From the IMG/VR virus record IMGVR_UViG_2773857766_000004, positions 52,292 to 116,291 of that record: DNA of 64,000 nt; one strand, 5' to 3'. Positions 49,345 to 59,564 of the stretch are shown here, piece by piece. The first letter of the stretch is position 1, and each line of letters opens with the position of its first letter. The notes under the pieces are model-generated. The model was not told the origin of the DNA, did no database searches, and saw nothing but the letters and a program-made list of their open reading frames with translations. The position numbers and the translations under genes are program-made. This DNA is from a virus (Duplodnaviria; Caudoviricetes).

Positions 49345-51852
49345 ATGACCGATCCCTACCTGGACTTCCTGCGCAAGAAGATCAAGCTCGCCAGCTTCGC
49401 CGGCTTCGACGTGGACCCCGCGGAGGTGAACCCGAAGCTGAAGCCCCACACCCGCGACATCGTGCGCTGGGCGGCCAAGGGCGGCTGCCGGGCTATCTTC
49501 GCGAGCTTCGGCCTGCACAAGACCGTGACGGCGCTGGAACTGATGCGCCTGGTGGGCACGCGCCGGCCCGGCATTCGCGGCATCGTCGCGCCGCTGGGCG
49601 TGCGCCACGAGTTCATCGGCCAGGCCGCGGAGCACTTTCATGGTGCCCACGCCATCGACGTGCGCTTCGTCCGCCGGGACAGCGAGATCGACGATGAGCG
49701 CACCATCTACCTCACCAACTACGAGGCCATCCGCGAGGGCAACATCAGCCCCGCGCGGTGGATCGCATCCAACCTGGACGAGGCGGATGTGCTGCGCAGC
49801 TACGGCAGCAAGACCTACCAGGAGTTCCTGCCCGCCTTCGCGCCGGTGGAGTTCAAGTTCGTGCAGACCGCCACGCCCAGCCCGAACCGGTACAAGGAGC
49901 TGATCCACTACGCCGGCTACCTGGGGGTGATGGACACGGGCCAAGCCCTGACCCGGTTCTTCCAGCGCGACAGCGAGCAGGCCGGCAACCTCACCCTGTA
50001 CCCTCACAAGGAAAAGGAATTCTGGCTGTGGGTGGCGTCCTGGGCAGTCTTCATCCAGCGCCCGAGCGATCTGGGCCACTCCGATGCAGGCTATGCGCTG
50101 CCGGCGCTGGACGTGCGTTATCACGAGGTGCCGAGCAACTACGAGACGGCCGGCGCCGAGAAGAGCGGCCAGGGCCTACTGATCCCTGACGTGGCCCTGG
50201 GCCTGTCGGCCGCCGCGGCCGAGAAGCGGGCCAGCATGCCCGCGCGGATCGACAAGGTGCGCGAGATCGTGGATGCGGATCCTCGGGACAGCTTCGTTAT
50301 CTGGCACGACCTCGAAGACGAGCGCCACGCCCTGCAGGATGCGATCCCGGAGGCCGTGAGCGTGTGGGGCACGCAGGATCTGGATGAGCGAGAGGACCGC
50401 ATCGTGGGCTTCGGCGATGGCGCCTTCCGGCTGTTGTCCACCAAGCCGGTCATCGCCGGCGCGGGCTGCAATTTCCAGCGGCACTGCCACCGCGAGGTGT
50501 TCGCTGGCATCGGCTTCAAGTTCCGCGATTTCATTCAGGCCATCCACCGCGTGCACCGCTTCGGGCAGACCAAGCCGGTGCGAATCGACATCATCCACAC
50601 CGAGGCCGAACGGGAGGTGTTGCGCAAGATGCAGGAGAAGTGGCGGCAGCACGACGAAGTGCAGGCCCAGATGAGTAACCTGATCCGCACCTACGGCTTG
50701 GACCAGCTGGCCATGCACGAGACGCTGGCCAGGACGATCGGTGTGAAGCGGCGGGTGGTCAAGAGCGACCTCTTCGAGGTGGCCCACAACGACTGCGTGC
50801 TGGAGGCTCGCGAGCAGCCGGAGAACTCGGTGGACCTGATCGTGACCAGCATCCCGTTCGCCAACCACTACGAGTACAGCCCCAGCTATAACGACTTCGG
50901 GCACACGGAGGGCAATGCGCACTTCTGGGAGCAGATGGACTTCTTGACGCCGGAGCTGTACCGGATCCTGAAGCCCGGGCGGATCGCGGCGATCCATGTG
51001 AAAGACCGGGTGCTGTTCGGGAACGTGACCGGTCTGGGACGGCCCAGCATGGACTACTTCCACGAGGAGGCGTCCATGCACCTGCGCAAGCACGGCTTCC
51101 ACAAGCTGGCCATCGTGACCATCACCACCGATGTGGTGCGAGAGAACAACCAGACCTACCGCCTGACCTACTCGGAGATGTGCAAGGACGGCACCAAGAT
51201 GGGCACGGGCTGCAGCGAGTACCTGCTGGTGTTCTTCAAGCCCCAGACCGACCTCTCGCGCGGGTATGCCGATGTGCCGGTGGCCCGGGCCAAGGCGGAC
51301 TACAGCCTCGGCCGTTGGCAGATCGACGCGCATGCCTACTGGCGCTCGAGCGGCGACCGGCTGCTGGCTGCCGAGGAGATTGCGGCGATGGGCCCGGGCA
51401 AGCTGGCCAAGTTCTTCACGGACGACAGCCTGCGGCGTATTTACGACTACCGGCGCCACGTTGCCATCGGCGAGCAGCTGGAGGAGCGCGGCGCCCTGCC
51501 CCGCGAATTCGCCTGCCTGCAGCCCGGGAGCCCCGACCCGAACGTGTGGACCGACATCGCGCGCATGCGAACCCTGAACGGGGAACAAGCCAACCGGTCC
51601 GTCGAGAAGCACATCTGCCCGCTGCAGTTCGACATCGTGGACCGCGCGATCGAACGCTGGAGCATGCGTGGCGAGAAGGTATATGACCCGTTCCACGGGC
51701 TCGGCACGGTCGGCGTGCGCGCCATCAAGCTCGGCCGGCGCGCCGGCGGGAGTGAACTGAACCCGGGCTACTTCGCCGACCAGGTGCACTACCTACAGGC
51801 GGCCGAGCGTGAGGCCAGCATGCCGTCGCTCTTTGACACCCTGGAGGCCTGA
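49345..51852 (+). CDS. SF2/SNF2-like helicase fused to N4/N6 DNA methyltransferase
   Basis: FGLHKT, LDEA, TATPSPN, QAIHRVHRFGQ; then DLIVTSIPF..Y, HICPLQ, VYDPFHGLGT. Confidence 0.85.
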   Translation: MTDPYLDFLRKKIKLASFAGFDVDPAEVNPKLKPHTRDIVRWAAKGGCRAIFASFGLHKTVTALELMRLVGTRRPGIRGIVAPLGVRHEFIGQAAEHFHGAHAIDVRFVRRDSEIDDERTIYLTNYEAIREGNISPARWIASNLDEADVLRSYGSKTYQEFLPAFAPVEFKFVQTATPSPNRYKELIHYAGYLGVMDTGQALTRFFQRDSEQAGNLTLYPHKEKEFWLWVASWAVFIQRPSDLGHSDAGYALPALDVRYHEVPSNYETAGAEKSGQGLLIPDVALGLSAAAAEKRASMPARIDKVREIVDADPRDSFVIWHDLEDERHALQDAIPEAVSVWGTQDLDEREDRIVGFGDGAFRLLSTKPVIAGAGCNFQRHCHREVFAGIGFKFRDFIQAIHRVHRFGQTKPVRIDIIHTEAEREVLRKMQEKWRQHDEVQAQMSNLIRTYGLDQLAMHETLARTIGVKRRVVKSDLFEVAHNDCVLEAREQPENSVDLIVTSIPFANHYEYSPSYNDFGHTEGNAHFWEQMDFLTPELYRILKPGRIAAIHVKDRVLFGNVTGLGRPSMDYFHEEASMHLRKHGFHKLAIVTITTDVVRENNQTYRLTYSEMCKDGTKMGTGCSEYLLVFFKPQTDLSRGYADVPVARAKADYSLGRWQIDAHAYWRSSGDRLLAAEEIAAMGPGKLAKFFTDDSLRRIYDYRRHVAIGEQLEERGALPREFACLQPGSPDPNVWTDIARMRTLNGEQANRSVEKHICPLQFDIVDRAIERWSMRGEKVYDPFHGLGTVGVRAIKLGRRAGGSELNPGYFADQVHYLQAAEREASMPSLFDTLEA

Positions 51853-51868
51853 CCCGCCTCGCCGCTCC

Positions 51869-51893
51869 GAGCCCGCCGCGTGCGGGCTCTTTT
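51869..51893 (+). terminator. Terminator-like hairpin, nearly identical to the one after cI
   Basis: GAGCCCGC-CGCGT-GCGGGCTC-TTTT. Confidence 0.65.
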
Positions 51894-51910
51894 CGTTTCA
51901 GGAGAACCCC

Positions 51911-52198
51911 ATGGACATCCACCACCCCGCCATGCGCGACACCACGCAAGCCCCGCCCGCGGAGGCCCCCAGTACGTTCCTCGGCACCGCCGCGCTGGCG
52001 GTCCTGGCCTTCGGGCTGCTGATCTGGGCCCAGCACGACGACAGCCAGGCGGACACCCGCCACCGCGCGGCCGCCGAGCAGGCCCAGGTCGAAGCCGCAG
52101 AGCAGCGCCGCGCCGCCGCGGCGGCCCGCGCATGCGAGCCCGGCACCACGCCCGCCTGGATCGACGCCACCACCGTTCAGTGCCTGCGCGCCCGCTGA
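51911..52198 (+). CDS. Small single-TM protein
   Basis: FLGTAALAVLAFGLLIWA; AGGAG RBS. Confidence 0.6.
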   Translation: MDIHHPAMRDTTQAPPAEAPSTFLGTAALAVLAFGLLIWAQHDDSQADTRHRAAAEQAQVEAAEQRRAAAAARACEPGTTPAWIDATTVQCLRAR

Positions 52199-52253
52199 CC
52201 GCCCCCTTCCCTCAACCGGCCCGCCGCGCGCGGGCCATCACCTGGAGAGCACT

Positions 52254-52670
52254 GTGCCCAAGCTCATCAACCCCACCCTGCAGGCCAAGCGCCAGTCGGT
52301 GGTCGATTTCCTCGCCAACGCCGTTCCGTCGGTGGCGGAGGAGGCGACCGACGGCCTCAACGACCTCGTGCACGCCACCACCGAAACCGGCAAGGCTGGC
52401 GAGATGGTCATCAAGATCAAGATGCGCCCCATCGGTGGCAAGGCCGGCCAGATGGAGATCGATGCCGAGGTCAAGACCAAGCTGCCGCAGCCGACGCGCG
52501 GCAAGACCATCCTCTTCGCGACCGCGGACAACAACCTGCAGCGCACCGATCCGCGCCAGCAGACCCTGGACGGCGTCCGCGACGTGAACCAGGAATCCGT
52601 CGCCCAGCAGGGTGGGGTGCGCAGCGTAGCGCCCGAGGCGAAGCAGCCCCTGCGCGCAGTCACCCACTGA
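52254..52670 (+). CDS. YfdP-like hypothetical protein
   Basis: TGKAGEMVIKIK..LFATADNNL; precedes the DUF2303 gene. Confidence 0.6.
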   Translation: MPKLINPTLQAKRQSVVDFLANAVPSVAEEATDGLNDLVHATTETGKAGEMVIKIKMRPIGGKAGQMEIDAEVKTKLPQPTRGKTILFATADNNLQRTDPRQQTLDGVRDVNQESVAQQGGVRSVAPEAKQPLRAVTH

Positions 52671-52690
52671 TCCCGTCACCCACTGATCCC
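52659..52690. repeat. 16-bp tandem duplication spanning a stop codon
   Basis: GTCACCCACTGATCCC x2. Confidence 0.85.
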
Positions 52691-52723
52691 GTCTCCCCCA
52701 CCCGTCCATTTCAAGGAGAACCC

Positions 52724-53563
52724 ATGGACATGAATGAAACCAAGACCGAAACCGCGGCGCACGAAGCCATCGCAGCCAGCCACCAGCACGTGCGCGACGT
52801 GTACGGCACGCCGCTGGTAATCCTGCCCGAAGGCTTCAAAGTCGGCCTGATACCCGAGCTGCTGCCAGCCCCAACCCGCAAGAAGGGCACGACGGTCCTG
52901 AACGATGCAGCGTCGTTCGTGGCCGTGGTGAACGACCAGAAGGGCGAGGACACCCGGCTGTTCAGCACCATCGACCCGCCCACCTTCACGGCGGTTTTCA
53001 ACCACCACGCGGCCGAGGCTGGCTGGGGCGATCACCGCGCGCGGTACAACGCGCCGCTGGCCCCCGAGTGGGCAGCCTGGACCGGCATGGACGGCAAGAA
53101 GCAGAACCAGGTGGACCTCGCCCAGTTCATCGAGAACAACCTGGTGGACGTGGCATTCCTGGAACCCAAGGACGGGCACCCCGGCAGCCCGGACGGTTCC
53201 ACGCTGCTGGAGGTGTGCCGCACGCTCGAGGCCAAGAAGAAGGTGGACTTCAAGTCCGCGATCCGTCTGGCCGATGGCAGCACGCAATTCACGTACGACG
53301 AGTACGTGCAGGGCAGCGCGCTCCAGGGCCAGCTTCAGGTGCCCGAGCAGTTCAGCCTCGCCATTCCCGTGTTCGAGAACGGCGCGAAGTGGCGCGTGGA
53401 CGTGCGGCTGCGCTACCGCATTCAGGACGGCGGCAACCTGGTGATGTGGCTGGAGCTGATCCGCCCGCAGAAGGTGATCGAGGGCGCGGTGCTGGAGCTG
53501 CGCGAGCAGATCGCCAAGGACACCGGCCTGCAGATCCTGAACGGCATCCCCAACGCCGGATAA
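52724..53563 (+). CDS. DUF2303 (YfdQ) family protein
   Basis: AVFNHH..GWGDHRA..QVDLAQFIENN..IPVFE..RLRYR. Confidence 0.8.
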   Translation: MDMNETKTETAAHEAIAASHQHVRDVYGTPLVILPEGFKVGLIPELLPAPTRKKGTTVLNDAASFVAVVNDQKGEDTRLFSTIDPPTFTAVFNHHAAEAGWGDHRARYNAPLAPEWAAWTGMDGKKQNQVDLAQFIENNLVDVAFLEPKDGHPGSPDGSTLLEVCRTLEAKKKVDFKSAIRLADGSTQFTYDEYVQGSALQGQLQVPEQFSLAIPVFENGAKWRVDVRLRYRIQDGGNLVMWLELIRPQKVIEGAVLELREQIAKDTGLQILNGIPNAG

Positions 53564-53632
53564 GCCAGGCCCATGAGCACAGGGCGCCGCGTGCGCCCCA
53601 TGCTCAATTCAGTAACTCGCGCTCCCTTACAT

Positions 53633-54232
53633 TTAGTAGTTAATGGTCCGGTCACGAATGCGGCCTGTAATGGCAGTGAGTTTTCTCAGATAAAAGTCCA
53701 GCGTTTTTGCAAGCGGCTCCATTCGTGCTGGATTTCTAGCCAGAACGCCGCGCAGCGACTCCAACTCGCAATGAAAGTCGACGAGATCCCGCGCCAATAC
53801 CTCGTCTATCAACGCGATCACCTTTATTTCGTCGTACGGCACTGCTCGCAGAGCGTCAATTGATCCAAAAACCTGCCTTTCGGCGTCTGCGCGCGGGGAT
53901 TTACCAGTTTCAGGCAAATGCCCGGTTGCCGCCCTTAGCATCCCTTCGTTAGTCTCGAAGATGCTCGTATGAAACCGTATTGATAGGTCCGCTGCAGCAA
54001 GTTCCGCCCGTCTTTCTTTACACCGCTGGAAACACTCGACAATTAATGGCGCAGCTATAGCCACTGCCAATGCCAAGATTGAACCCACGGCCTGGACCCA
54101 TCCAGACCATTCCGCTTTTGTCATGCATACCGTCCACCAGTAGTCTCTGGTCGCTGCTATGCAGTATTCCTGCGCAGGCTTCGCCATTTCGACAGCTCGA
54201 GCCATTGCGTCCAAAAGTTGATCGGCATTCAT
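53633..54232 (-). CDS. Single-TM moron protein (antisense, lower GC)
   Basis: Start MNADQL; EWSGWVQAVGSILALAVAIAAPLI. Confidence 0.65.
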   Translation of the reverse strand: MNADQLLDAMARAVEMAKPAQEYCIAATRDYWWTVCMTKAEWSGWVQAVGSILALAVAIAAPLIVECFQRCKERRAELAAADLSIRFHTSIFETNEGMLRAATGHLPETGKSPRADAERQVFGSIDALRAVPYDEIKVIALIDEVLARDLVDFHCELESLRGVLARNPARMEPLAKTLDFYLRKLTAITGRIRDRTINY

Positions 54233-54275
54233 TTTTACCCTCTCTGTTGTAGAGCGCCATATTACTTCGCAACCC

Positions 54276-54307
54276 AGGCCCGTCGCCTCGCAACCGCGGG
54301 CCTTTTT
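54276..54307 (+). terminator. Terminator-like hairpin
   Basis: AGGCCCG...CGGGCCT-TTTT. Confidence 0.55.
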
Positions 54308-54323
54308 CGTTTCTGGAGCCCGC

Positions 54324-56456
54324 ATGAAGCGTGACGCCTTCACCCTCCCGCTCGCATTCCCCGGCGAGCTGATCATCGACAACTTCGCCGGCGGCGGCGG
54401 CACGTCAACCGGGCTGGAGGCCGCATTCGGCAGGCCCGTGGACATCGCCATCAACCACGACCCCGAGGCGCTGGCCATGCACGCCATCAACCACCCGCAC
54501 ACCCAGCACCTGTGCGAGAGCGTGTGGGAGGTGGATCCCATCGCCGTGACGGGGAACCAGCCGGTGGGCCTCGTGTGGCTGTCGCCGGACTGCAAGCACT
54601 TCAGCAAGGCCAAGGGCGGCACGCCCGTGGCGAAGCACATCCGCGGCCTGGCCTGGGTGGGCATGCGCTGGGTGGCGCTCTGCAAGCCCCGCGTGCTGAT
54701 GTTGGAGAACGTCGAGGAATTCCAGACCTGGGGCCCGCTGCTGGTGGGAGCCGACGGCACCGCCCGCCCGGACCCCGCGCGGAAGGGGAAGACGTTCCAG
54801 AGCTTCGTGCGGCAGCTGCGCGCGCACGGGTATGCCGTGGACTGGCGCGAGCTGCGCGCGTGCGACAACGGCGCGCCGACGATTCGCAAGCGCCTGTTCT
54901 TGATCGCGCGCCGCGACGGCCTGCCAATCCAGTGGCCCGAGCAGACGCACGCCGCGCCCACCGATCGCCGCGTGCTCGCCGGCAAGCTGGCGCCCTATCG
55001 CACGGCGGCCGACTGCATCGACTTCAGCCTGGAGGCGGCCAGCATCTTCGACCGCCAGCGGCCGCTGGCCACCAACACCCAGCGCCGCGTCGCGAAGGGC
55101 CTGTTCCGGCACGTCCTGACCAGCGCGTCGCCCTTCATCGTGGGCGTGGGCGGCCGCATGGGCCAGAGCCCCGCGCGCAGCGTGCACGCTCCCGCGCAGA
55201 CCATCACGGCCAAGGCGGACAGCTGCATCGCGCAACCGGTGCTGACCCCCTACATGGTCAACACCCGCAACGGTGAGCGCGCGGGCCAGCAGCCGCGCGT
55301 GCGCGGCGCCGAGGAGCCGTATTGGACGGTGACGGGCCTGGGATCGCAGGGCGCGCTCGCGGCGCCGGTCATGACGCCATTCCTCACCGAGCACGCCAAC
55401 AGCAGCAACCAACGGACCATGGCGGCCGACGAGCCCCTGCGCACGATCTGCGCCCAGGTGAAGGGCGGCCACTTCTCGGCCGTGGCACCGGTGATCGCCC
55501 CGCTCCGCGGCACGAGCGAGCAGCACCTGCAGGGTGACGACACCCGGGAGCCGCTGTCCACCGTATCAGCCGGCGGCACGCACCACGCCCTGGCCGGCGC
55601 CGTGCTGGCGGCCGCGATCGTCACCAACACGACCGGGCACCCGGGCGCGACGGCGGACACGCCGCTGGCCACCATCACCACGGGCGGCCACCACGCCATG
55701 GCGGCGATGCACATCACGAAGTTCAACACCGGGTCCGTGGGCTCGGGCATGGACGAGCCCCTGCGTACCGTGACAGCCGGCGGGACACCCAGCCGCCCCA
55801 GCACCGGCATTCAGATGGGCATGGTCGCCGCGATGCTGGAGCAGGCCAACGGCGGTTTCTACGACGGCGACGGCCGGCCCGTCGGAGCCCCGGCCAGCAC
55901 CATCACCAGCAGCGGAGCGCAGCAGCGCCTGGTGACGGCCTACCTGGTGAAGTACTACAGCGAGGGCGGCCAGGACAGCGCCTGCGGCGCGCCGATGCAC
56001 ACCGTGCCGACGAAGGCGCGCATGGGCCTCGTGCAGACCGTGCAGGTGCCAGCCGACTGCCTGGCGCCGGAACACCGGGCCCGCGCGCGGCAGTGCGCCG
56101 AGCTGCTGCACACGCACCTGCCCGAGCAGTTTCCCGACCCGGCCGCCCTGGTGCTGATGCACCACGCGGGCCAGTGGTGGGTGCTGGTGGACATCACGCT
56201 GCGCATGCTGAAGCCGGTGGAGCTGTTCCGCGCCCAGGGCTTCCCCGAGGACTACGTGATCCACGAGATCCCGGACCCTGCCCTGCTCTTCGCGGGCGGA
56301 AAGCAGGCAGCCCACCCGCTGGAGGTGCAGCGCATCCCGCTCACCGCCACGGCGCAGGTCCGCATGTGCGGGAACAGCGTCAGCCCGCCGCAGGCCGAGG
56401 CGCTGGTCCGCGCGAACTTCGGCCACGAGACGGCCTGGATGGCCGTCGCCGCATAA
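54324..56456 (+). CDS. DNA cytosine-5 methyltransferase with repetitive TRD insert
   Basis: DNFAGGGG, SPDC, LENV, RKRLF, repeated PLxTI/VT, RAQGF, MCGNSV. Confidence 0.92.
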   Translation: MKRDAFTLPLAFPGELIIDNFAGGGGTSTGLEAAFGRPVDIAINHDPEALAMHAINHPHTQHLCESVWEVDPIAVTGNQPVGLVWLSPDCKHFSKAKGGTPVAKHIRGLAWVGMRWVALCKPRVLMLENVEEFQTWGPLLVGADGTARPDPARKGKTFQSFVRQLRAHGYAVDWRELRACDNGAPTIRKRLFLIARRDGLPIQWPEQTHAAPTDRRVLAGKLAPYRTAADCIDFSLEAASIFDRQRPLATNTQRRVAKGLFRHVLTSASPFIVGVGGRMGQSPARSVHAPAQTITAKADSCIAQPVLTPYMVNTRNGERAGQQPRVRGAEEPYWTVTGLGSQGALAAPVMTPFLTEHANSSNQRTMAADEPLRTICAQVKGGHFSAVAPVIAPLRGTSEQHLQGDDTREPLSTVSAGGTHHALAGAVLAAAIVTNTTGHPGATADTPLATITTGGHHAMAAMHITKFNTGSVGSGMDEPLRTVTAGGTPSRPSTGIQMGMVAAMLEQANGGFYDGDGRPVGAPASTITSSGAQQRLVTAYLVKYYSEGGQDSACGAPMHTVPTKARMGLVQTVQVPADCLAPEHRARARQCAELLHTHLPEQFPDPAALVLMHHAGQWWVLVDITLRMLKPVELFRAQGFPEDYVIHEIPDPALLFAGGKQAAHPLEVQRIPLTATAQVRMCGNSVSPPQAEALVRANFGHETAWMAVAA

Positions 56457-56460
56457 CCCC

Positions 56461-56484
56461 GCCCGCACCAGCGGGCATTTTTTT
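56461..56484 (+). terminator. Terminator-like hairpin
   Basis: GCCCGC-ACCA-GCGGGC-ATTTTTTT. Confidence 0.65.
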
Positions 56485-56567
56485 GGAAGCCCCATGTCCC
56501 AAGCCACCACCGATCAGCCCTATACGCCGCCGGACGGCCGCGTGGAGCCCTTCCCGGAGATCCAGGC

Positions 56568-56753
56568 ATGAGCACGCCCGCCTCCTTGGCCGAAAGCCGC
56601 GCCCGGGCTGCGCTGCCCAAGGTGCTGCGCGCCGCGGCCCGCGCGCGGGATCTGTGGTGGCAGCAGCGCCAGACCCACCTTCGCTGCGCGAGCTGCGGCG
56701 CCCCTATCACCCACCGGCCCGCCGAGGGCCAAGGCCTGCCCTGCGGGCACTGA
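56568..56753 (+). CDS. Small hypothetical protein (CxxC...CGH)
   Basis: 61 aa, co-oriented in early operon. Confidence 0.45.
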   Translation: MSTPASLAESRARAALPKVLRAAARARDLWWQQRQTHLRCASCGAPITHRPAEGQGLPCGH

Positions 56754-56773
56754 TCCACGAAACAGGAGCCACC

Positions 56774-57166
56774 ATGCCTGAATACCTCATCGCCCACGTC
56801 GGCCACACCAGCAAGTCGTACGAACACATCTGCTGGTGGAAGCCGGAGAGCAAGGGCTACACGATCTGCACCACCAAGGCGGGGCGGTACTCCGCCGAGA
56901 AGGCGCGGGAAATCTGCACCAGCTCCGAGTGCATCGCCGTGCCAGCAGAAGCTGCGGAAGGCTTGGCACGCACGACACCCTATTACCGCCAGCCGAACGG
57001 CACTCTCGGGAAGCTCTACGACGGCGGCCCACATGCCCCCGTCGAGAACAGCAGCAGGGCCTGGACCCAGCTCAAGGCTGATGCCCTGGTCATCGGGAAG
57101 TACGCCAAGCCCACGCCCATGGCGCCGTCCCGCGCGCGGGAAATCTACCTGGAGCCCCAGCCATGA
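56774..57166 (+). CDS. Hypothetical protein
   Basis: AGGAG RBS, MPEYLI; WWKPESKGYT..AGRYS. Confidence 0.6.
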   Translation: MPEYLIAHVGHTSKSYEHICWWKPESKGYTICTTKAGRYSAEKAREICTSSECIAVPAEAAEGLARTTPYYRQPNGTLGKLYDGGPHAPVENSSRAWTQLKADALVIGKYAKPTPMAPSRAREIYLEPQP

Positions 57167-57399
57167 CCACCAATACCGACACCACCGACCACACCGCCGC
57201 TCGCGCCACCTGGGTGGAGCAATGCGCGGAACGATTCGTGACGCGCGCCGGCCTCAACGCCGAAACGGACGCACGGTTCGCGAAGGCTAGCGCCGAGGCC
57301 TGCGCCGACCAGCAGGCCGAAGAGCACGGGCTGAACCCGTCCGAGTGGGAGCCGCCCGCCGACGCTGCGGACGAAGGAATGAGCTACTGGGAAGAGTGA
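57163..57399 (+). CDS. Hypothetical protein
   Basis: ATGA overlap; ends PADAADEGMSYW. Confidence 0.55.
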   Translation: MTTNTDTTDHTAARATWVEQCAERFVTRAGLNAETDARFAKASAEACADQQAEEHGLNPSEWEPPADAADEGMSYWEE

Positions 57400-57401
57400 G
57401 C

Positions 57402-58757
57402 ATGGACACCAACAACACGGCCGCCCGCGGGGCGGCACAATCCGAGGCCCTGCGCCTGGCCGCGATCGTGAATAGCGATGGGTACATCACCAACATCGAA
57501 CGCAGACAGATCGCCGCCGAACTGCGCCGCCTGCACGCCCTCACCACTGCAGCACCGGCCGCCCAGGAGGCCGAGCCCGTCCTGGATGAATCCGAGGCAG
57601 AAGACCTCGCCCGTAGCGCGTTCGAGACCACCATGTCCTACGGCGTGGATTTCGACGCCTTCCGGCGCCTCGCCATGGAGGTCCGCCGCCGCTGCTCTGC
57701 TCCGCGCCCCCAGGCGGATGCGGGAGCAGCAGCGATTGCGCCCGACATCTCGGCTGATCTGGAGCGGAGCGACTGGACCGCAGAAGAGGCCCTGCGCTGG
57801 TACGCAGCCGGCAAGCACTACGACACCGTGCCCAACGGGGACGGCACCAGTAGCGCACGCATCCTAGACAACGGCGCCGTGGCGAGCAATGCGCTCAAGT
57901 CCCTCTCCCGCGAGTACGCCGAGCACAAGGGCGACGTGGCGCTGCAAGAGGCTGCAGCAGCGCCCCAGGCGCCCGCCGCACCCACCGCCGCCGAGCACGA
58001 TCAGCTGCAGCGTACTGCCGTGGGCTGGCAGCAGCGCGCCGAGTTCGCCGAGCGGAACTGGCTGCAGTGCTACCGCGTCGCACTGTGCAATGGCGCCGAT
58101 CCTGGCGACTTCAAGCACAAGCCGGGCGATGCATGGCACGCAACTCCGGCGCCCGCCGCAGGGGCAGCGCCAACGGATGCGGACACCGTGGACGTGGTGG
58201 GCGTTCGTGCAAGCGGCGAGCACGTCAACCTCGGCAAGATGCCAATGCCGCCCACCATGAAAGCTCGGGACATCGCAACGTCCCAGTTCGGGGGCTTCCA
58301 AGATGGGGATGGCTCCGACGCAGAGATGTGCTTTGGAGCCCTTGAGGAATTGTTGGCATGGCTCATCGCGCAGGGCTGGAATGGCTCATCGCACAGGGCT
58401 GGGGTGCCAGTGCCAACGGAGGCGGAGCCGCCGGACCACGGCCCCGGCAATTTCGCCGAAAGGTTGCGCGACGTGACCCACAAGCTTCGCGGCTCCAACG
58501 ATGGGCTCACCGCTGTGGCAGACAAGTGCGTGGCTATCGGCGTGGCGGCTGACGAGGCGCTCGCGCAGGCAGAGGACGCGGCAGAACACAACTTCAACAT
58601 CATCCATGCGTTCGACAACTGGCTCTTGGAGCAAGGGCATTACCAGTGCCCGCACACCGAGGACGCAGATGGCGCCATGGCCCCCGTGCTGAACTGGATT
58701 GCTAGCGTCAATGCCATGGTCGCCGCCCGCGCGCGGCAGGAAGGCGGTGCAGCATGA
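57402..58757 (+). CDS. Mosaic Ea/Ead-like early protein
   Basis: AAELRRLHA..AAP linkers joining unrelated-looking segments. Confidence 0.5.
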   Translation: MDTNNTAARGAAQSEALRLAAIVNSDGYITNIERRQIAAELRRLHALTTAAPAAQEAEPVLDESEAEDLARSAFETTMSYGVDFDAFRRLAMEVRRRCSAPRPQADAGAAAIAPDISADLERSDWTAEEALRWYAAGKHYDTVPNGDGTSSARILDNGAVASNALKSLSREYAEHKGDVALQEAAAAPQAPAAPTAAEHDQLQRTAVGWQQRAEFAERNWLQCYRVALCNGADPGDFKHKPGDAWHATPAPAAGAAPTDADTVDVVGVRASGEHVNLGKMPMPPTMKARDIATSQFGGFQDGDGSDAEMCFGALEELLAWLIAQGWNGSSHRAGVPVPTEAEPPDHGPGNFAERLRDVTHKLRGSNDGLTAVADKCVAIGVAADEALAQAEDAAEHNFNIIHAFDNWLLEQGHYQCPHTEDADGAMAPVLNWIASVNAMVAARARQEGGAA

Positions 58758-58972
58758 ACATCATGGAAAAGACACCGGCCATGCTGAACATCCGCATCGA
58801 CGGCATGACCTGGGAAGAAGTGCGCGACATGATTGAAGAGCGGTTTGGCGCGCTCATGTGGTCGAACGGCGTGGCCTACCCCACCGGCACCGTGTCGATC
58901 AGCATGACCTTCGCAGAGCCAGCATCCGCCGTGGCGGTCCGCGCTGCAAAGGGACAGAAGGGACAAGCATGA
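58754..58972 (+). CDS. Hypothetical protein
   Basis: ATGA overlaps on both sides. Confidence 0.5.
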   Translation: MNIMEKTPAMLNIRIDGMTWEEVRDMIEERFGALMWSNGVAYPTGTVSISMTFAEPASAVAVRAAKGQKGQA

Positions 58973-59151
58973 GCACCGAAACCCCACAGGCCCTCACGCC
59001 TGTCGTCTCGCTGGTGTGGGGTGAGGCTAAAGACGGCACCTACTTCGCGCAGATGACCGTCTCCGGGCTAACGTCGGAAGACCAGGCCCGCGCCGCCATG
59101 GACCACATGCAGCGCCTCTTCTGCGGCGCGGAACAGGAGCCCATCCAATGA
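58969..59151 (+). CDS. Hypothetical protein
   Basis: ATGA overlaps; MSTETPQ. Confidence 0.5.
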   Translation: MSTETPQALTPVVSLVWGEAKDGTYFAQMTVSGLTSEDQARAAMDHMQRLFCGAEQEPIQ

Positions 59152-59564
59152 GCACCGACACCACCCTGGCGCCGTGCCCGTTCTGCGGCGGCGAGCCTTC
59201 AATCGTGGAGCGCCCCGACAACATAGACGGCACGGAGTTCTTCTACGCCATGGCCTGCTATTGCGGCGGGTACTCGGCACGGGCGCACCAGATGGCCATA
59301 CGAAAGAATCCGGAGCAGGCGAAGGCGGATGCCATCGCCGCCTGGAACCGACGCGCTCTGGCGCCGGCCGTCGAAGAGTACGAGCAGGCTCTGGCACTGC
59401 TGGCCGGGCTGCACCCCGGCCTCACGATCGACGGGCCTCCGTTGGAGGTCGCGACGCGCATCTTCGATGCCGTCATGGCAGACCGGGCACACCACGAGCA
59501 GGAGATCCGCCGCCAGGAGCGCGCCCTGGAATCGATGCGCGCGCACGCCTGGCGCAGATCATGA
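59148..59564 (+). CDS. Lar-family restriction alleviation protein
   Basis: LAPCPFCGGE..CYC..AIAAWNRRA. Confidence 0.72.
   Translation: MSTDTTLAPCPFCGGEPSIVERPDNIDGTEFFYAMACYCGGYSARAHQMAIRKNPEQAKADAIAAWNRRALAPAVEEYEQALALLAGLHPGLTIDGPPLEVATRIFDAVMADRAHHEQEIRRQERALESMRAHAWRRS

Noticed and set aside
53573-53863. 96-aa plus-strand ORF
   Set aside because: Mostly antisense to the membrane moron; at best a truncated gene start
56488-56525. Seventh GTATAGGG box
   Set aside because: Hexamer at the fixed spacing is GGGGCT, not -10-like, and no late gene follows
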